In this document: piece by piece, positions 24,648 through 34,410 of the stretch
Layout: each line of letters starts with the position of its first letter
Position numbering within the stretch: position 1 is the stretch's first letter
DNA from: a virus
Lineage: Duplodnaviria > Caudoviricetes
DNA: 34,552 nt
Direction: 5' to 3' (one strand)
IMG/VR virus record: IMGVR_UViG_3300021093_000213
Location: 1-34,552 of that record
The notes under the pieces: generated by a model
What the model was told of the DNA's origin: nothing
Databases searched by the model: none
What the model saw: the letters and a program-made list of their open reading frames with translations, nothing else
Made by a program: the position numbers and the translations under genes

Positions 24648-25507
24648 TCATCAATACTGTCCGTAGGTATCGCTACGAGACCCTAGTCCGGCAAGATTTA
24701 CCGGAGGGTCGAAGGTACGTGAACCAACATGGAGAGGCCCTGCCAAGTGTGACCACAATCTTGTCCGCTTCCAAAGACAAAAGCGCCTTGGATGCCTGGG
24801 TCCAGCGGGTTGGGGAGGAAGAAGCCGAGCGGATTCGTAAAGAAGCGGCGGCCGTGGGCACCGCTATGCATAGTTTTATCGAGTGCCACATCAAGAACAG
24901 ACCGATTCGCCCCGCCAAGGAGTGGTGGCAACTCAAGGCTTACCGGATGGGCGCAACCCTGATGGAGGCTTACTTTGCCAACCTCGACGAAGTCTGGGGC
25001 AACGAAGTGATGGTCTACTGCCGGGGTAGCTATGCTGGGACCACTGACCTAGCAGGAAGGTACAAGGGCCAAGAAAGTATCGTGGATTTCAAACAGACCA
25101 ACAAAATGAAGCGTCGAGAGTGGATTGATGACTACTTCATTCAGTTGGTCGCTTACGCCCAGGCCCACAACGAGCAACACAACACCAAGATCCGCCAAGG
25201 CGTGATTCTCATGGCCGCACAGGATGGTCCGACCGAAGAGTTTTTGCTCTGCGGCCGGGAGTTTGATTCCTATTTAGACAAATGGAACGCTAAGGTTGCG
25301 GCATTTGTTGGCGCTGCAGAAGTATCGGACTCACAAAATCTTGAGGAAACAGCCGAGCATAGTTCGCCGCCAGATTCTGCATATCCCCTTGACTTGGCAT
25401 CTGAGGAAGCGTCCTTGCTGGAGCACTTTGAGAGAGACGCTGATTCGCAGCCGGTACAGCAGGAGCTGTTTGGGCAGCACGAGGCGGAACAACAGGCATT
25501 GCGCTAG
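24635..25507 (+). CDS. PD-(D/E)XK exonuclease
   Basis: LPSVTTIL, GT.MH..IE, E...Y...YAGTTD, IVDFKQ, YF.QL.AYA.AHN. Confidence 0.88.
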   Translation: MANLIINTVRRYRYETLVRQDLPEGRRYVNQHGEALPSVTTILSASKDKSALDAWVQRVGEEEAERIRKEAAAVGTAMHSFIECHIKNRPIRPAKEWWQLKAYRMGATLMEAYFANLDEVWGNEVMVYCRGSYAGTTDLAGRYKGQESIVDFKQTNKMKRREWIDDYFIQLVAYAQAHNEQHNTKIRQGVILMAAQDGPTEEFLLCGREFDSYLDKWNAKVAAFVGAAEVSDSQNLEETAEHSSPPDSAYPLDLASEEASLLEHFERDADSQPVQQELFGQHEAEQQALR

Positions 25508-28500
25508 GAACTAGGCGCTCTTGGTCTGAAAGTGCCTGTGTTGCTTCAATTCCTGCCACACGAGCACCACCTTGCATCAGAGCGGGAAGATAGCCACCCG
25601 CCTGGAAGGTGAGCTTGCTCATGGTATTGAACGTCTTGTTGTCCGTGATCGGCTTATTAGCGTTCACCAGCTGGTGCGCATACTCAGGATCGGTCAGCGC
25701 CTTGTAGAGCACTGTCTCATAAATGGCGTTTTGCTGACGGCTGAGATAGCGGCTGGCAAGGGTGACACCGGCATGCATCGGACTGATCTGACGAATCATT
25801 GCCGCACGGGCGGTGGCTTCGATCGTTCCAATGCCTGCACCAATTTTTTCTCTTAGCGCCTCATCCAGGGTCGTGAACGGGCTGATCGTGCCAACCGGCG
25901 CCTCTCCCGCAAATACTCGACGCTGTATTTCAGCAAGCTTTTGTAGATCGTCGAGGTGCTGTTTGTCATAGAGAATGTTCAGTGATTTGCTGTGACGGGT
26001 CAGGAAATCCTGCAAGAACAAGGGATCGCTTTGATCCATCAACTTGTTGCGGACCGTGTCCCAAACCTGCCTCTGCAGGGCTTCTTTGCGCTGAGTTCCG
26101 GTGGCCGTGGGCCCAACTCCAGGAGGAGGCTCTGCTCCAACAGCGTTGACGAGCTTGCGCATGACAGCCGGATCGGTGATGGCCTGCTGGACGAGGGCAC
26201 TTGGATCAGCGTCCGGGCGCACTGATTTCTTGAGGATGGCCATGAGCTCATCGTCACGGGCAAGATCAACCCGGTCTTGCATTTCCTTGACTCGACGTGC
26301 CATATCAACGCCAATTCGCATCTCATCGGAGACGTTGGCTTTGACCTGCTCAGGCATTGCATCGTAGACAGACTTGATGCCCTTGGAGGACAAGAACTTC
26401 TGGAAGCCCTCGGGATTGATGATCCCGTCTTTGATGACTCCCGGTGCAGTACGAGCTTTGTCCAAAAGGACGTTAGTCATGGTCCGCATGTAAGCGGGGT
26501 CCTGACCAAAAATAGCGTTCAAATCGCGAATATTTTGGGCAGAAGAGAAGGCTTTGTTGACCAGCTCTTCGTTGCCTGTGTAAAAGTTGCCCCGTGGATC
26601 GCGCTTCGAGATCAAAAGTGGGAAGGCCTTTTCATATCCATCGGTGTAGACGGCCTTGTACTCGTCTATCCAATTGCGAAGAGCCTTGCCTTGATCGCCA
26701 CGCACTCCCTTAAAGTTTGTGAAGATGAAGTTCTCCACATCACGCAGAAGTGCATTCCCACGATCGAGCGTTTGGTTGGCTTGATTGCGAGAAGTGCCAA
26801 GGCCCAAGAGCCGGTTGTACTGGTGGATTGAAATGTTGCGGTAAGTCTGAGCAGCATCCAAAAGATCGAGCGCATCGGGGAACGTCATCGTGGCGCTGAC
26901 ATCCTTCATCGCCATCCTACGAGCTTCTTCCCGAATCTCATCAACCTGTTCTTTACTCAGAGGAGGCGTGTTGCCTGTAATGGCTTGAATCTGAACCATT
27001 CCACGCCGAGGAGGAGTCGTAGAACGAGGCATTTTCCCCGTCAAGACATATTCCACGGCCTTGTCTATGTAATCCCTGATTTCCTTTTCTTCCATCATCC
27101 GAAGAATCTTTGGAGCATCCGGATCTTCCATGATCTTCTGACGCACGATGTCAGGAATGTACTCAGCGGACGCTTTATTTCTAGCGTCTTCAAGACGACG
27201 CAGTTGGTTTTGCATCAACTGCACAGGATGCGGAGTTCCATCAGGGAACATCCGATCTTCCTTGGTCATCCTGTAGCGATTGACCAATGAGCGCCCAAAG
27301 TTTTCGTAATCTGCAGCACTGATACCAAGCGGATAAATGGGCGCACCTTCTTGCATGGTAGGAATCTTGACTCCTTCCACATCAAAGCCCTCTCGTGCCC
27401 CGATATTTTCCGCAGCACGGCGAAGACTCTGGAACTTGGCGCTCATCTGAGCCAACACGCCACTGCGCAGGCTCTCACCAATTTCATCCAAATTCTGGGG
27501 GACAAAGTTGTCCATCACCCGAGCTGCTTCGCCCTCTTGCAAATCAGCCAACTGCTTGAGCGCATTGTTGACCGTACGGGTCTGATCCGCATAAGTAAGC
27601 TGCAGGGCCTTGTCCAAATTCATTTCTGCATTCGGAGCAAAGCGATCAAAGGCAGTCAAAAACCCTTCCCGGTTCTTTTGATACCGAACCTGCGCATCTG
27701 CCAGAAGATCCCCGGCAAGCTCTCGGAACATTTTGTTCCGTGCGACGATCAACGGGGCATAAAGACTCTGCTCCCCTGCGTCAAACAACAGCAGATCCTT
27801 GAGCCGTGGGTCGTTCTCAATGGCGTTTGTAACCTCAAGCGCTTCTCTGACTCCAGGCGCCATGGTTTTCCCAGGGGTTTCCACCAAAGGAGAGAGCACT
27901 TTTTCTACATCACGTTCCGCTTTTTCAGCGTATTTACGCCCTGCGTAATTAGTCACACTGCGCAAGAACGGAATGTTCAGGGCCCGCTCACGGCCAATCT
28001 CAGCAGCAAAGCCCTCGGCCGTCTGACCACCGAACATCTGCTGACCGACGCCTGCCACTCCTTTTGCTGCCTGCACGGATGGCAGACTGCTTGCAAGGCT
28101 GATTATTTTTGAAGCGGCCAGAGGAATGGCTACCGTTCCAGCAAACGGGACAGTGGCTTTCAAGAATTCTTTTGCTTCTCCTGGCTCTGCAAACTCTTCT
28201 ACAGACTGCTCAAGTGCCCCATAAGCGCCACCAAATCCAAGGTCCAGGGCAACTGCACCGGCAGGATTGGATCGTGTGAAATCGAGCATGTCCTTTGCAA
28301 CCCGCTTTGCTACACCAGCATCTGCAGGAAGTGCGGCACGAAGAGTGTTTGTTCGGGCCACTGCGCCAAGCAGGCCAGTAAACGGTAGAGCAGATCCTGC
28401 TCCTGCGCCGATCGCATACGCAAATCGTTCAAGAGAGTTTGTTGGAGCGGTCTTCCCACGGTTAAAGTAGTTGACGAACTGAGGAATCTCGTTGTCTTTT

Positions 28501-28751
28501 ACGTTGGCCGCCTTAGCAACAGCACGGATCGTTGCATCGGGCAACGAGAACAGCATGGTATTGAAGCCAGCACTAAACTGATTCAAGGCGTCCATAGCTG
28601 TTCTGGCTGCACCTTTGCTTTCACCTACAATGTCTACTCTTCTAGTTTGAGTCAGTTGCCCAGCAGGAACTGGGGCAGCTTGTATGGCACCTACGAGTTC
28701 TCCGGTGTCAACATCGACTTGCTTACCACTGGGAAGAGTAATGATGTTCAT
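25290..28751 (-). CDS. Large internal virion / DNA-ejection protein (putative)
   Basis: 1153 aa, mostly helical, Ala/Gly-rich hydrophobic segments near the N-terminus; last of four co-oriented large genes. Confidence 0.6.
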   Translation of the reverse strand: MNIITLPSGKQVDVDTGELVGAIQAAPVPAGQLTQTRRVDIVGESKGAARTAMDALNQFSAGFNTMLFSLPDATIRAVAKAANVKDNEIPQFVNYFNRGKTAPTNSLERFAYAIGAGAGSALPFTGLLGAVARTNTLRAALPADAGVAKRVAKDMLDFTRSNPAGAVALDLGFGGAYGALEQSVEEFAEPGEAKEFLKATVPFAGTVAIPLAASKIISLASSLPSVQAAKGVAGVGQQMFGGQTAEGFAAEIGRERALNIPFLRSVTNYAGRKYAEKAERDVEKVLSPLVETPGKTMAPGVREALEVTNAIENDPRLKDLLLFDAGEQSLYAPLIVARNKMFRELAGDLLADAQVRYQKNREGFLTAFDRFAPNAEMNLDKALQLTYADQTRTVNNALKQLADLQEGEAARVMDNFVPQNLDEIGESLRSGVLAQMSAKFQSLRRAAENIGAREGFDVEGVKIPTMQEGAPIYPLGISAADYENFGRSLVNRYRMTKEDRMFPDGTPHPVQLMQNQLRRLEDARNKASAEYIPDIVRQKIMEDPDAPKILRMMEEKEIRDYIDKAVEYVLTGKMPRSTTPPRRGMVQIQAITGNTPPLSKEQVDEIREEARRMAMKDVSATMTFPDALDLLDAAQTYRNISIHQYNRLLGLGTSRNQANQTLDRGNALLRDVENFIFTNFKGVRGDQGKALRNWIDEYKAVYTDGYEKAFPLLISKRDPRGNFYTGNEELVNKAFSSAQNIRDLNAIFGQDPAYMRTMTNVLLDKARTAPGVIKDGIINPEGFQKFLSSKGIKSVYDAMPEQVKANVSDEMRIGVDMARRVKEMQDRVDLARDDELMAILKKSVRPDADPSALVQQAITDPAVMRKLVNAVGAEPPPGVGPTATGTQRKEALQRQVWDTVRNKLMDQSDPLFLQDFLTRHSKSLNILYDKQHLDDLQKLAEIQRRVFAGEAPVGTISPFTTLDEALREKIGAGIGTIEATARAAMIRQISPMHAGVTLASRYLSRQQNAIYETVLYKALTDPEYAHQLVNANKPITDNKTFNTMSKLTFQAGGYLPALMQGGARVAGIEATQALSDQERLVPSAMPVVPPRAAQTAPAVPAANQRLSQSAPARTLPQMPSQGDMQNLAANYARLFPQDFVSPILLQRQQMPQP

Positions 28752-31144
28752 TGCTGTCCAGTCATAGTGCGAAAGCTTTCAGCAGTAACTCTCTCAGAAG
28801 TGCCATCAGGTAGTTTAACGTAAACCTCACGGTTGGGATTGACTCGGAACATCTCTCCCATGTACTTGAGATCCTTAGACTCGAGAGGAGATTTCTTATC
28901 ACCCAACGGAACTTGCGAGAGCTGACGCAAAGGCACTTGTTCCGGGAACAGGCGGTGGTAGTCCCTGTTGATTTCGTTGATCGCGCCCTGACGGAAGTTC
29001 TCCAGCACGGCAAAGAACTGAGACTTGTCTTTAAAAATTGCCTGAGGATCGACCAAGTACTTATTGACTTGCTCCTCGGACCAGTTTGACGGGCGGCCAC
29101 GATATGCCATGGCCATTTCACGCAAGCGCTGGTTCATTTGCAAGCCTGCATTTCTTTGCTGTTGCAAAGGAACGTTCGAGAATGGGTTTTCACCAAAGAA
29201 TGGCAATGTGATGTTGGTTAGGCCGCTCTGGATTGAGGGCACGACACCAATAAAGTTCTTGTCCATGATGTCTTTGTAGAAGTTCTCAATGTCTTGAACC
29301 AAAGATTCGTTGTTCGAGATTCGATCGATCAACTCAGGCCTTTGCTTGTTTGTTGCCCTCGAGAGCCTTTTATTGCTCGTAGAAGTAAAGGGCATATCTG
29401 GATCAAGATAACCAACGCGCTCTTTGTCGTTCGGATTCAACGGGCTTAACAAGACCTTGCCAGAAGCAACGTCATACAGCTCACTCGTGTCCGGCAGTTC
29501 TTTGATCAAACCAGATTTGTAGTCCTTGGCCATGCGAATATAAAATCCATCGTCGTACCCCGGATAACGGCCCTTAAAAGATGCTGCCAAGTCATTAATA
29601 GGAGCAGCTTTTGACATGAGCTTGAGGCTTTCTCTTTGAAGAAGGCCACGCTCTTTGGCTTCGGCTGCCATTTCTTGTTCGACCGCACTGATGGCCGCAG
29701 TCTTAAGCGCCTTGTCCTCACGAGAAGCTTCCGCACCAAGAGCCGCCATGCCTGCAGGCAGGCCCTTAAGCCCTGTGGTCAAACGCTCTAGAGTGCCAGA
29801 AACACCACGCTGTTTGCTCTTGGCACCGCCCACATTAAGAGCAGCCTCTGCTAAAAGAAACAGGGCCTGTGCCTGACGCATGTTCTTGTCATCACCAAGC
29901 AAGTCTCGATAAATTCTGTAACGCTCTTCCGTGCGTTCTTTAAGCCCACGCTCTGGGGGTTTGGGAGGAGCAGGAAGAGTACCTTTTACGCCTGCTTCGG
30001 CAACTTTTTCCTCTTCTTTTGCGGACGGAACAACCCCTGGAGCAATCGCAACAGCGTCGGCTGCATCCGACTCACGGCTGGGAAGAGTAGGAGGAGCAGT
30101 TGGTGCTACAGGAATCTTCTCCACAAGCCCACTAGGTTGTTGACTAATTGGGGCAGGAACTGGAGTTGGCTCCATCCCAGGCAAATACCTATACCCAGGG
30201 GTGCCAGCAACACTGCTACCAAACTCCAAGCCAAATGAATCACCAGTGAGCTTTCCAGCACTCTTGTCTGTAGACATCAATGCTTCTGTTCCAAGCATGC
30301 CAGCACCAAGCACGTATCCTGCAGGGCCCAACACTCTTAATGCCTGAGCTCCATAAGAAGCTCTGGGCATGAACGGAGTACCACGGCTCGCCATGCGCGG
30401 ATCAGTGCCACCAATGGGCTGATACATGCGGCCACTTCTGTCCACAAAAGGAATGGGCCTGCCAGAACGAGACGTCGGCGCCTCAGTCTTTAGCAAGTCC
30501 AAAATACTACGTGAGTACAAATTCCCAGAAGGAACAGAAGTGGGAGCTGTTCGACCGTAACTACGCATTGCCTCTAGGTAGCTGGGATAGGCAGACGGCG
30601 GCAGAGTGACTCGCATGTTCCGAGGAACTTCGCCCGTGGGCGGTGATCCAGCTTGCCGCATCACTGGCGCTTGTTCCATGGGCGGTGCAACAAGGCCCTC
30701 GATACCACCGGGCCCAGGAGGCATTCCAGGTGGCACGGGCATCCCCTGCTCTGGCATGGGCATTCCCTGAGGAGCACCCTGTTGAGGAGCGTTTCCTGCC
30801 ATAAGCGCTTCAATGCCACCCATCTTGGGGGAAGCCGCAGGAGGCGGGGGAGGAGCCGCAGCTGCAGGAGCACCTTGCTGTTGAAGCTGGGATTGCATCA
30901 ATGCCAAAACTTCTTCAGGTGTGTCGAACGCCGCTTCACCGACCATACCCGCAAGCTCAAGATACCGCTCGTCCATCGAGCGAATATCGCCACGCAGATT
31001 GTTGGCGATGATCTCTAAGTTGTCTGGAGTACGATCTTCATAGCCCTCTACACTTTCCATCCCAGAAACAATTCCTTCTTCTGGCTTTCTGGAAGGCGTA
31101 CCGATTGCCATGAACATCTGTCGTTGCATGACAGGATTGTTCAT
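28748..31144 (-). CDS. Internal virion / ejection protein (putative)
   Basis: 798 aa; MNNPVMQRQMF start, NNLRGD.RS..ERY.ELA.MVG..A.DTPE.VLAL block, Pro/Gln linkers. Confidence 0.6.
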   Translation of the reverse strand: MNNPVMQRQMFMAIGTPSRKPEEGIVSGMESVEGYEDRTPDNLEIIANNLRGDIRSMDERYLELAGMVGEAAFDTPEEVLALMQSQLQQQGAPAAAAPPPPPAASPKMGGIEALMAGNAPQQGAPQGMPMPEQGMPVPPGMPPGPGGIEGLVAPPMEQAPVMRQAGSPPTGEVPRNMRVTLPPSAYPSYLEAMRSYGRTAPTSVPSGNLYSRSILDLLKTEAPTSRSGRPIPFVDRSGRMYQPIGGTDPRMASRGTPFMPRASYGAQALRVLGPAGYVLGAGMLGTEALMSTDKSAGKLTGDSFGLEFGSSVAGTPGYRYLPGMEPTPVPAPISQQPSGLVEKIPVAPTAPPTLPSRESDAADAVAIAPGVVPSAKEEEKVAEAGVKGTLPAPPKPPERGLKERTEERYRIYRDLLGDDKNMRQAQALFLLAEAALNVGGAKSKQRGVSGTLERLTTGLKGLPAGMAALGAEASREDKALKTAAISAVEQEMAAEAKERGLLQRESLKLMSKAAPINDLAASFKGRYPGYDDGFYIRMAKDYKSGLIKELPDTSELYDVASGKVLLSPLNPNDKERVGYLDPDMPFTSTSNKRLSRATNKQRPELIDRISNNESLVQDIENFYKDIMDKNFIGVVPSIQSGLTNITLPFFGENPFSNVPLQQQRNAGLQMNQRLREMAMAYRGRPSNWSEEQVNKYLVDPQAIFKDKSQFFAVLENFRQGAINEINRDYHRLFPEQVPLRQLSQVPLGDKKSPLESKDLKYMGEMFRVNPNREVYVKLPDGTSERVTAESFRTMTGQQ

Positions 31145-31156
31145 TTATCCACCCTA

Positions 31157-32041
31157 TTAAAATAGCCCTGCTTTTTTCGCTCCGGCCGCAGCACTCAAGC
31201 CAGCAATCCCCAGCCCCGCTACTTGCATCAGAGGACTTGCCTGTGGAGCAGTTTGTGCAGTCAGTGCAACCTGTGTACCAGGGGCACCTTTGTATATGTC
31301 CGACAAGAAGGATATTTGTTGGTATGGCGTGAGCGCTTGTTGCAGTTGTGTCGCGCGTTGCGCTTCGAGCTGCTGTTGAGCAAGCGCTTGTTCTTGCTGC
31401 CCAAGAGCGCTTAGTGTCTGCACATCTTGCAGGCCAAGCTGCTGAGCGCTTTGACCCAAAGCGGCCTGTTGTATTCCTAACTGACCATACAGTTGTCCAG
31501 CCTGCAGGGCACGGCCCTGTTGTTGGCCAAAAAGGTTCTGCGCTTGTGCGTAATTTTGCGCAAGATCCTGAGCAATTCGTTGACTCATGATGTCTTGCAG
31601 GCCACGTTCTGTTTCTGCTCGTTGGACGCCCTCACGAGTGCCACCAAAAGCGCCTGCACGAACAGCCTGAGCAGCCTGCCCTTGACGAGCAATGTCCGCC
31701 TGACGACGCATCTCGGCCAGGGCCTGCTGAGTAACAAGTTCTTGGTAGGGGTTTTGATACTGCTGCAGCTGAGCCGTGGTCGGCGCTCCAAGGGCCTGTC
31801 CAGTAGAAGTAATGCCTGCCTCTACTGCTTTTTGTCCTGCTTGCAAAAATGGCTGATATGCACCAATGCCCTGTGATCCTAGTTGAGCGGCCTGCTTTTG
31901 CAGGTCCGTCATCCCTGCTACTTGATAAGCAGGCAGGGGAAGTTGTTGTTCGGAGAGCTTTTTAGCGGCTTCGAGGAGGCCTAGCTTGTAGGCCTCGATC
32001 TGCGGCGCTTCGCGGACTATCTGTTCGGTGACTTCAGCCAT
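31157..32041 (-). CDS. Gln/Ala/Gly-rich DNA-transfer (pilot/ejection) protein (putative)
   Basis: YQNPYQE.V, AGAFGG.R.GV..AE, PYQQ.SFLSDI..G.P, C-terminal hydrophobic Gly/Ala helix. Confidence 0.65.
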   Translation of the reverse strand: MAEVTEQIVREAPQIEAYKLGLLEAAKKLSEQQLPLPAYQVAGMTDLQKQAAQLGSQGIGAYQPFLQAGQKAVEAGITSTGQALGAPTTAQLQQYQNPYQELVTQQALAEMRRQADIARQGQAAQAVRAGAFGGTREGVQRAETERGLQDIMSQRIAQDLAQNYAQAQNLFGQQQGRALQAGQLYGQLGIQQAALGQSAQQLGLQDVQTLSALGQQEQALAQQQLEAQRATQLQQALTPYQQISFLSDIYKGAPGTQVALTAQTAPQASPLMQVAGLGIAGLSAAAGAKKAGLF

Positions 32042-34353
32042 TATGCTTTCCCTTCAAGTGCTTTCATCATCGCATACATCCTTCTGGCGCCTTCTCTTCT
32101 TGAGCCATTTCCAAGCCCTCGGACAGCTTTGGCAGTAAAGACAAACTCACCATCAGAGAGCATCGCGGGGATGTCATCCGAAGTCCCCGTTCCCGGTCCG
32201 TTGATCGCCCCGTTCTTGCGAGGAAAATTGGGAGTTCCACCACTTTTTAAAGAGGCAATGCCCCCATCAGCTGCGTACATGGGCCTTTGTTGGCTGTATT
32301 GGAAAGATGGGTAACGAACTGGAGTAAGTGCGTATTGCATAGGAGAATACTGCCTTGTTGGTAAGTCATACCCCATGTACTGAGGAGTGCCATATTGAAT
32401 ATTGGCGCCACCAGGAGTGGTGCCATAAACCTCTGGGCTTCTGGCCAAAAGATCAAATCCTGTTTCTTTGGGCACGATTCCAGGAGGAGGCTGCTCTTGT
32501 GGACCAAACCCGCCTATTCCGCCAAGTACGGCGGTTCCTGCAGCAACAGTCGGGCCATATGAACGTATGAAACTTGGGTTGTATGCGTTTGATGCAGCCT
32601 TCATCGCTTCCGAATAACTTGCACCAGCTCCTCTGGCGGATTGGAAGACAGGACTGTTTATTAATTGTTGATCCGTATAGGAGGTCGGAGAGAAAAGCTC
32701 CTTGGCCCCTTGTACATATTCGCTCTGCTTGAAGAGGTCCATGGCCGACGGGGCTTGTTGGAAGCCTGCTGTGCCTTTAGCAGAAGGGCCCGTCAATGAT
32801 GTGATGCCCTCTCCTCGAGGAGCCATCAATGAGGGAGAAGTTTGATCTCCCGGCAATCGAAAGCTGCCCAACTCTTCTCCAGGAAATGCCTTGCCCGTAG
32901 CCAGACGTTGATCAAACATTGCCGCGCTTTGCGCTTCAATCGGAGGAACTCCAACAGCCGCCTCTCCTGGCAAAGGCACTCCACTAGCAAGTCGTTGATC
33001 AAGTGTAAAGTTTGCGGCGGGACGAATACCCGTTGTTCCTCCGAATTGAATACCAGAATCGAGGGGGGTGCCGCCAACACCGGTCGCAATGTTATAGTTT
33101 ACGGGGATGCCCTGGGCCGCAGCTAGGTCAGGGCGGTACATGGGGTCAACAAAGCCCTGAGTGGACAGGCCCTGAGTAGGCGACGTAGCGGAAACACTAA
33201 TAAGGTCATTAGGCCCAGGGATATTTTGCCCAGCTATTTCCGTGACTGTGGGGGCGGTCGGTGCCTGAACAGGGGACACGCCCCCAATTGTTCCTGTAAC
33301 CTCGGGCTGTGCAGAAGGCATATTAAGAAGCGATTTTCCAGCATTTACTGCACGGCTATATTGGCTAGAAAGAGCTTCACCAGGAGTCATTGTAGCGGAC
33401 TCAAATATAGGTGCGCCGGACACGGCAGAAAATGCACCTGCTGTAATACCGCCTAACGCTCCAGTTTTAAGAGCGTCTTTAAGACTACCGCCAGCAAGTA
33501 ACGTAGAGCCAAAACCGCCAACAAAACCGCTAATCGCTACCCCAACAGCGCTGGTTGCACTTACGCCCAACATACTTGCAGCCGCTGGGCCGAGGAAAAA
33601 GCCCAATGCAACACCGGTAACGATCTTTCCGACCGTGGAGCTTGCGAATTTCTTCACGGCCCCAGCTACGCCTTTGACCACACTTCCTACCGCCTTGGCA
33701 GCTCCTTTAAACACTCCGCCCACGGCCTTTGCAACGCGCTTAACAAAGAACTCAGGCAGGCCAGTGACGGGATTGATTGTTCCAGAGCCGCCCCTGCGAC
33801 GAAGCATTCGTGCCTCGGCAGGAGTAATGTGAGCCAGCATCCGGTCGCCGTTTCGGCCTTGGTCAGCCAAAATCTGAGCAATGGGGTTAAGAGCAACAAT
33901 CCCGCCCTCAGCAAAACGCTGCACGCCCATGGGCTCCATCGAGCCGGACATCTGGTCCAGAGCCATGTTCATGGCACCGAAGTAGGCAGCATCAAACTGA
34001 AGAGGCAGAAGCTCCTCAGGCACACCCTCTTTGATGAACTCAGCTCGGATTTCCTGGTAATTCTGTGGCTCAGCAAGGACCGCATCGACCATTTGGCCAA
34101 GAGCGTCAATGACCTCGGGAGGCAATTGCATGCTTTGCAATGCGTTCTTAAATTCCTGCACTGCAGCAGGATCCGTGTCCTCCGCGGCGCTCAGGAGCTC
34201 ATCGCCAAACTCCCTGGGGTCGATCTGTTGACGAGCCGCCTCAAACGCAGCCGAAGAGGCTGGGTCAAAAAGCGGCTTTTGGTTGACCGGGGCTGGGGCT
34301 CCCATGCCCCCCAGAGACATAATTCCTTGCTCTTCCATTGCTATCCTTTCCAA
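32041..34353 (-). CDS. Virion protein with tape-measure-like motifs and membrane-inserting segment (putative ejection protein)
   Basis: GRNGD.MLAHI.P.EA..L...GGSGTINP.TGLPEF, Gly/Ala hydrophobic region, C-terminal GPGTGTSDDIPAMLSDGEFV.TAKAV; start may be ATG 34338 (AAAGGA RBS). Confidence 0.7.
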   Translation of the reverse strand: MERIAMEEQGIMSLGGMGAPAPVNQKPLFDPASSAAFEAARQQIDPREFGDELLSAAEDTDPAAVQEFKNALQSMQLPPEVIDALGQMVDAVLAEPQNYQEIRAEFIKEGVPEELLPLQFDAAYFGAMNMALDQMSGSMEPMGVQRFAEGGIVALNPIAQILADQGRNGDRMLAHITPAEARMLRRRGGSGTINPVTGLPEFFVKRVAKAVGGVFKGAAKAVGSVVKGVAGAVKKFASSTVGKIVTGVALGFFLGPAAASMLGVSATSAVGVAISGFVGGFGSTLLAGGSLKDALKTGALGGITAGAFSAVSGAPIFESATMTPGEALSSQYSRAVNAGKSLLNMPSAQPEVTGTIGGVSPVQAPTAPTVTEIAGQNIPGPNDLISVSATSPTQGLSTQGFVDPMYRPDLAAAQGIPVNYNIATGVGGTPLDSGIQFGGTTGIRPAANFTLDQRLASGVPLPGEAAVGVPPIEAQSAAMFDQRLATGKAFPGEELGSFRLPGDQTSPSLMAPRGEGITSLTGPSAKGTAGFQQAPSAMDLFKQSEYVQGAKELFSPTSYTDQQLINSPVFQSARGAGASYSEAMKAASNAYNPSFIRSYGPTVAAGTAVLGGIGGFGPQEQPPPGIVPKETGFDLLARSPEVYGTTPGGANIQYGTPQYMGYDLPTRQYSPMQYALTPVRYPSFQYSQQRPMYAADGGIASLKSGGTPNFPRKNGAINGPGTGTSDDIPAMLSDGEFVFTAKAVRGLGNGSRREGARRMYAMMKALEGKA

Positions 34354-34410
34354 GTTTGCCGGTGGGCCGACTTCGCCCGCGCGTCGGGAAAGGACGCGAA
34401 TATGGGCAAT

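Noticed and set aside
24635-25507. Cas4 as evidence of a CRISPR system
   Set aside because: Lacks the four-Cys Fe-S pattern and any cas context; an ordinary phage PD-(D/E)XK exonuclease.
25290-28751. Virion RNA polymerase (N4-like) that would read the hairpin promoters
   Set aside because: No recognisable single-subunit or DxDGD RNAP motifs, it is much smaller than N4 vRNAP, and the promoters have sigma70 hexamers.
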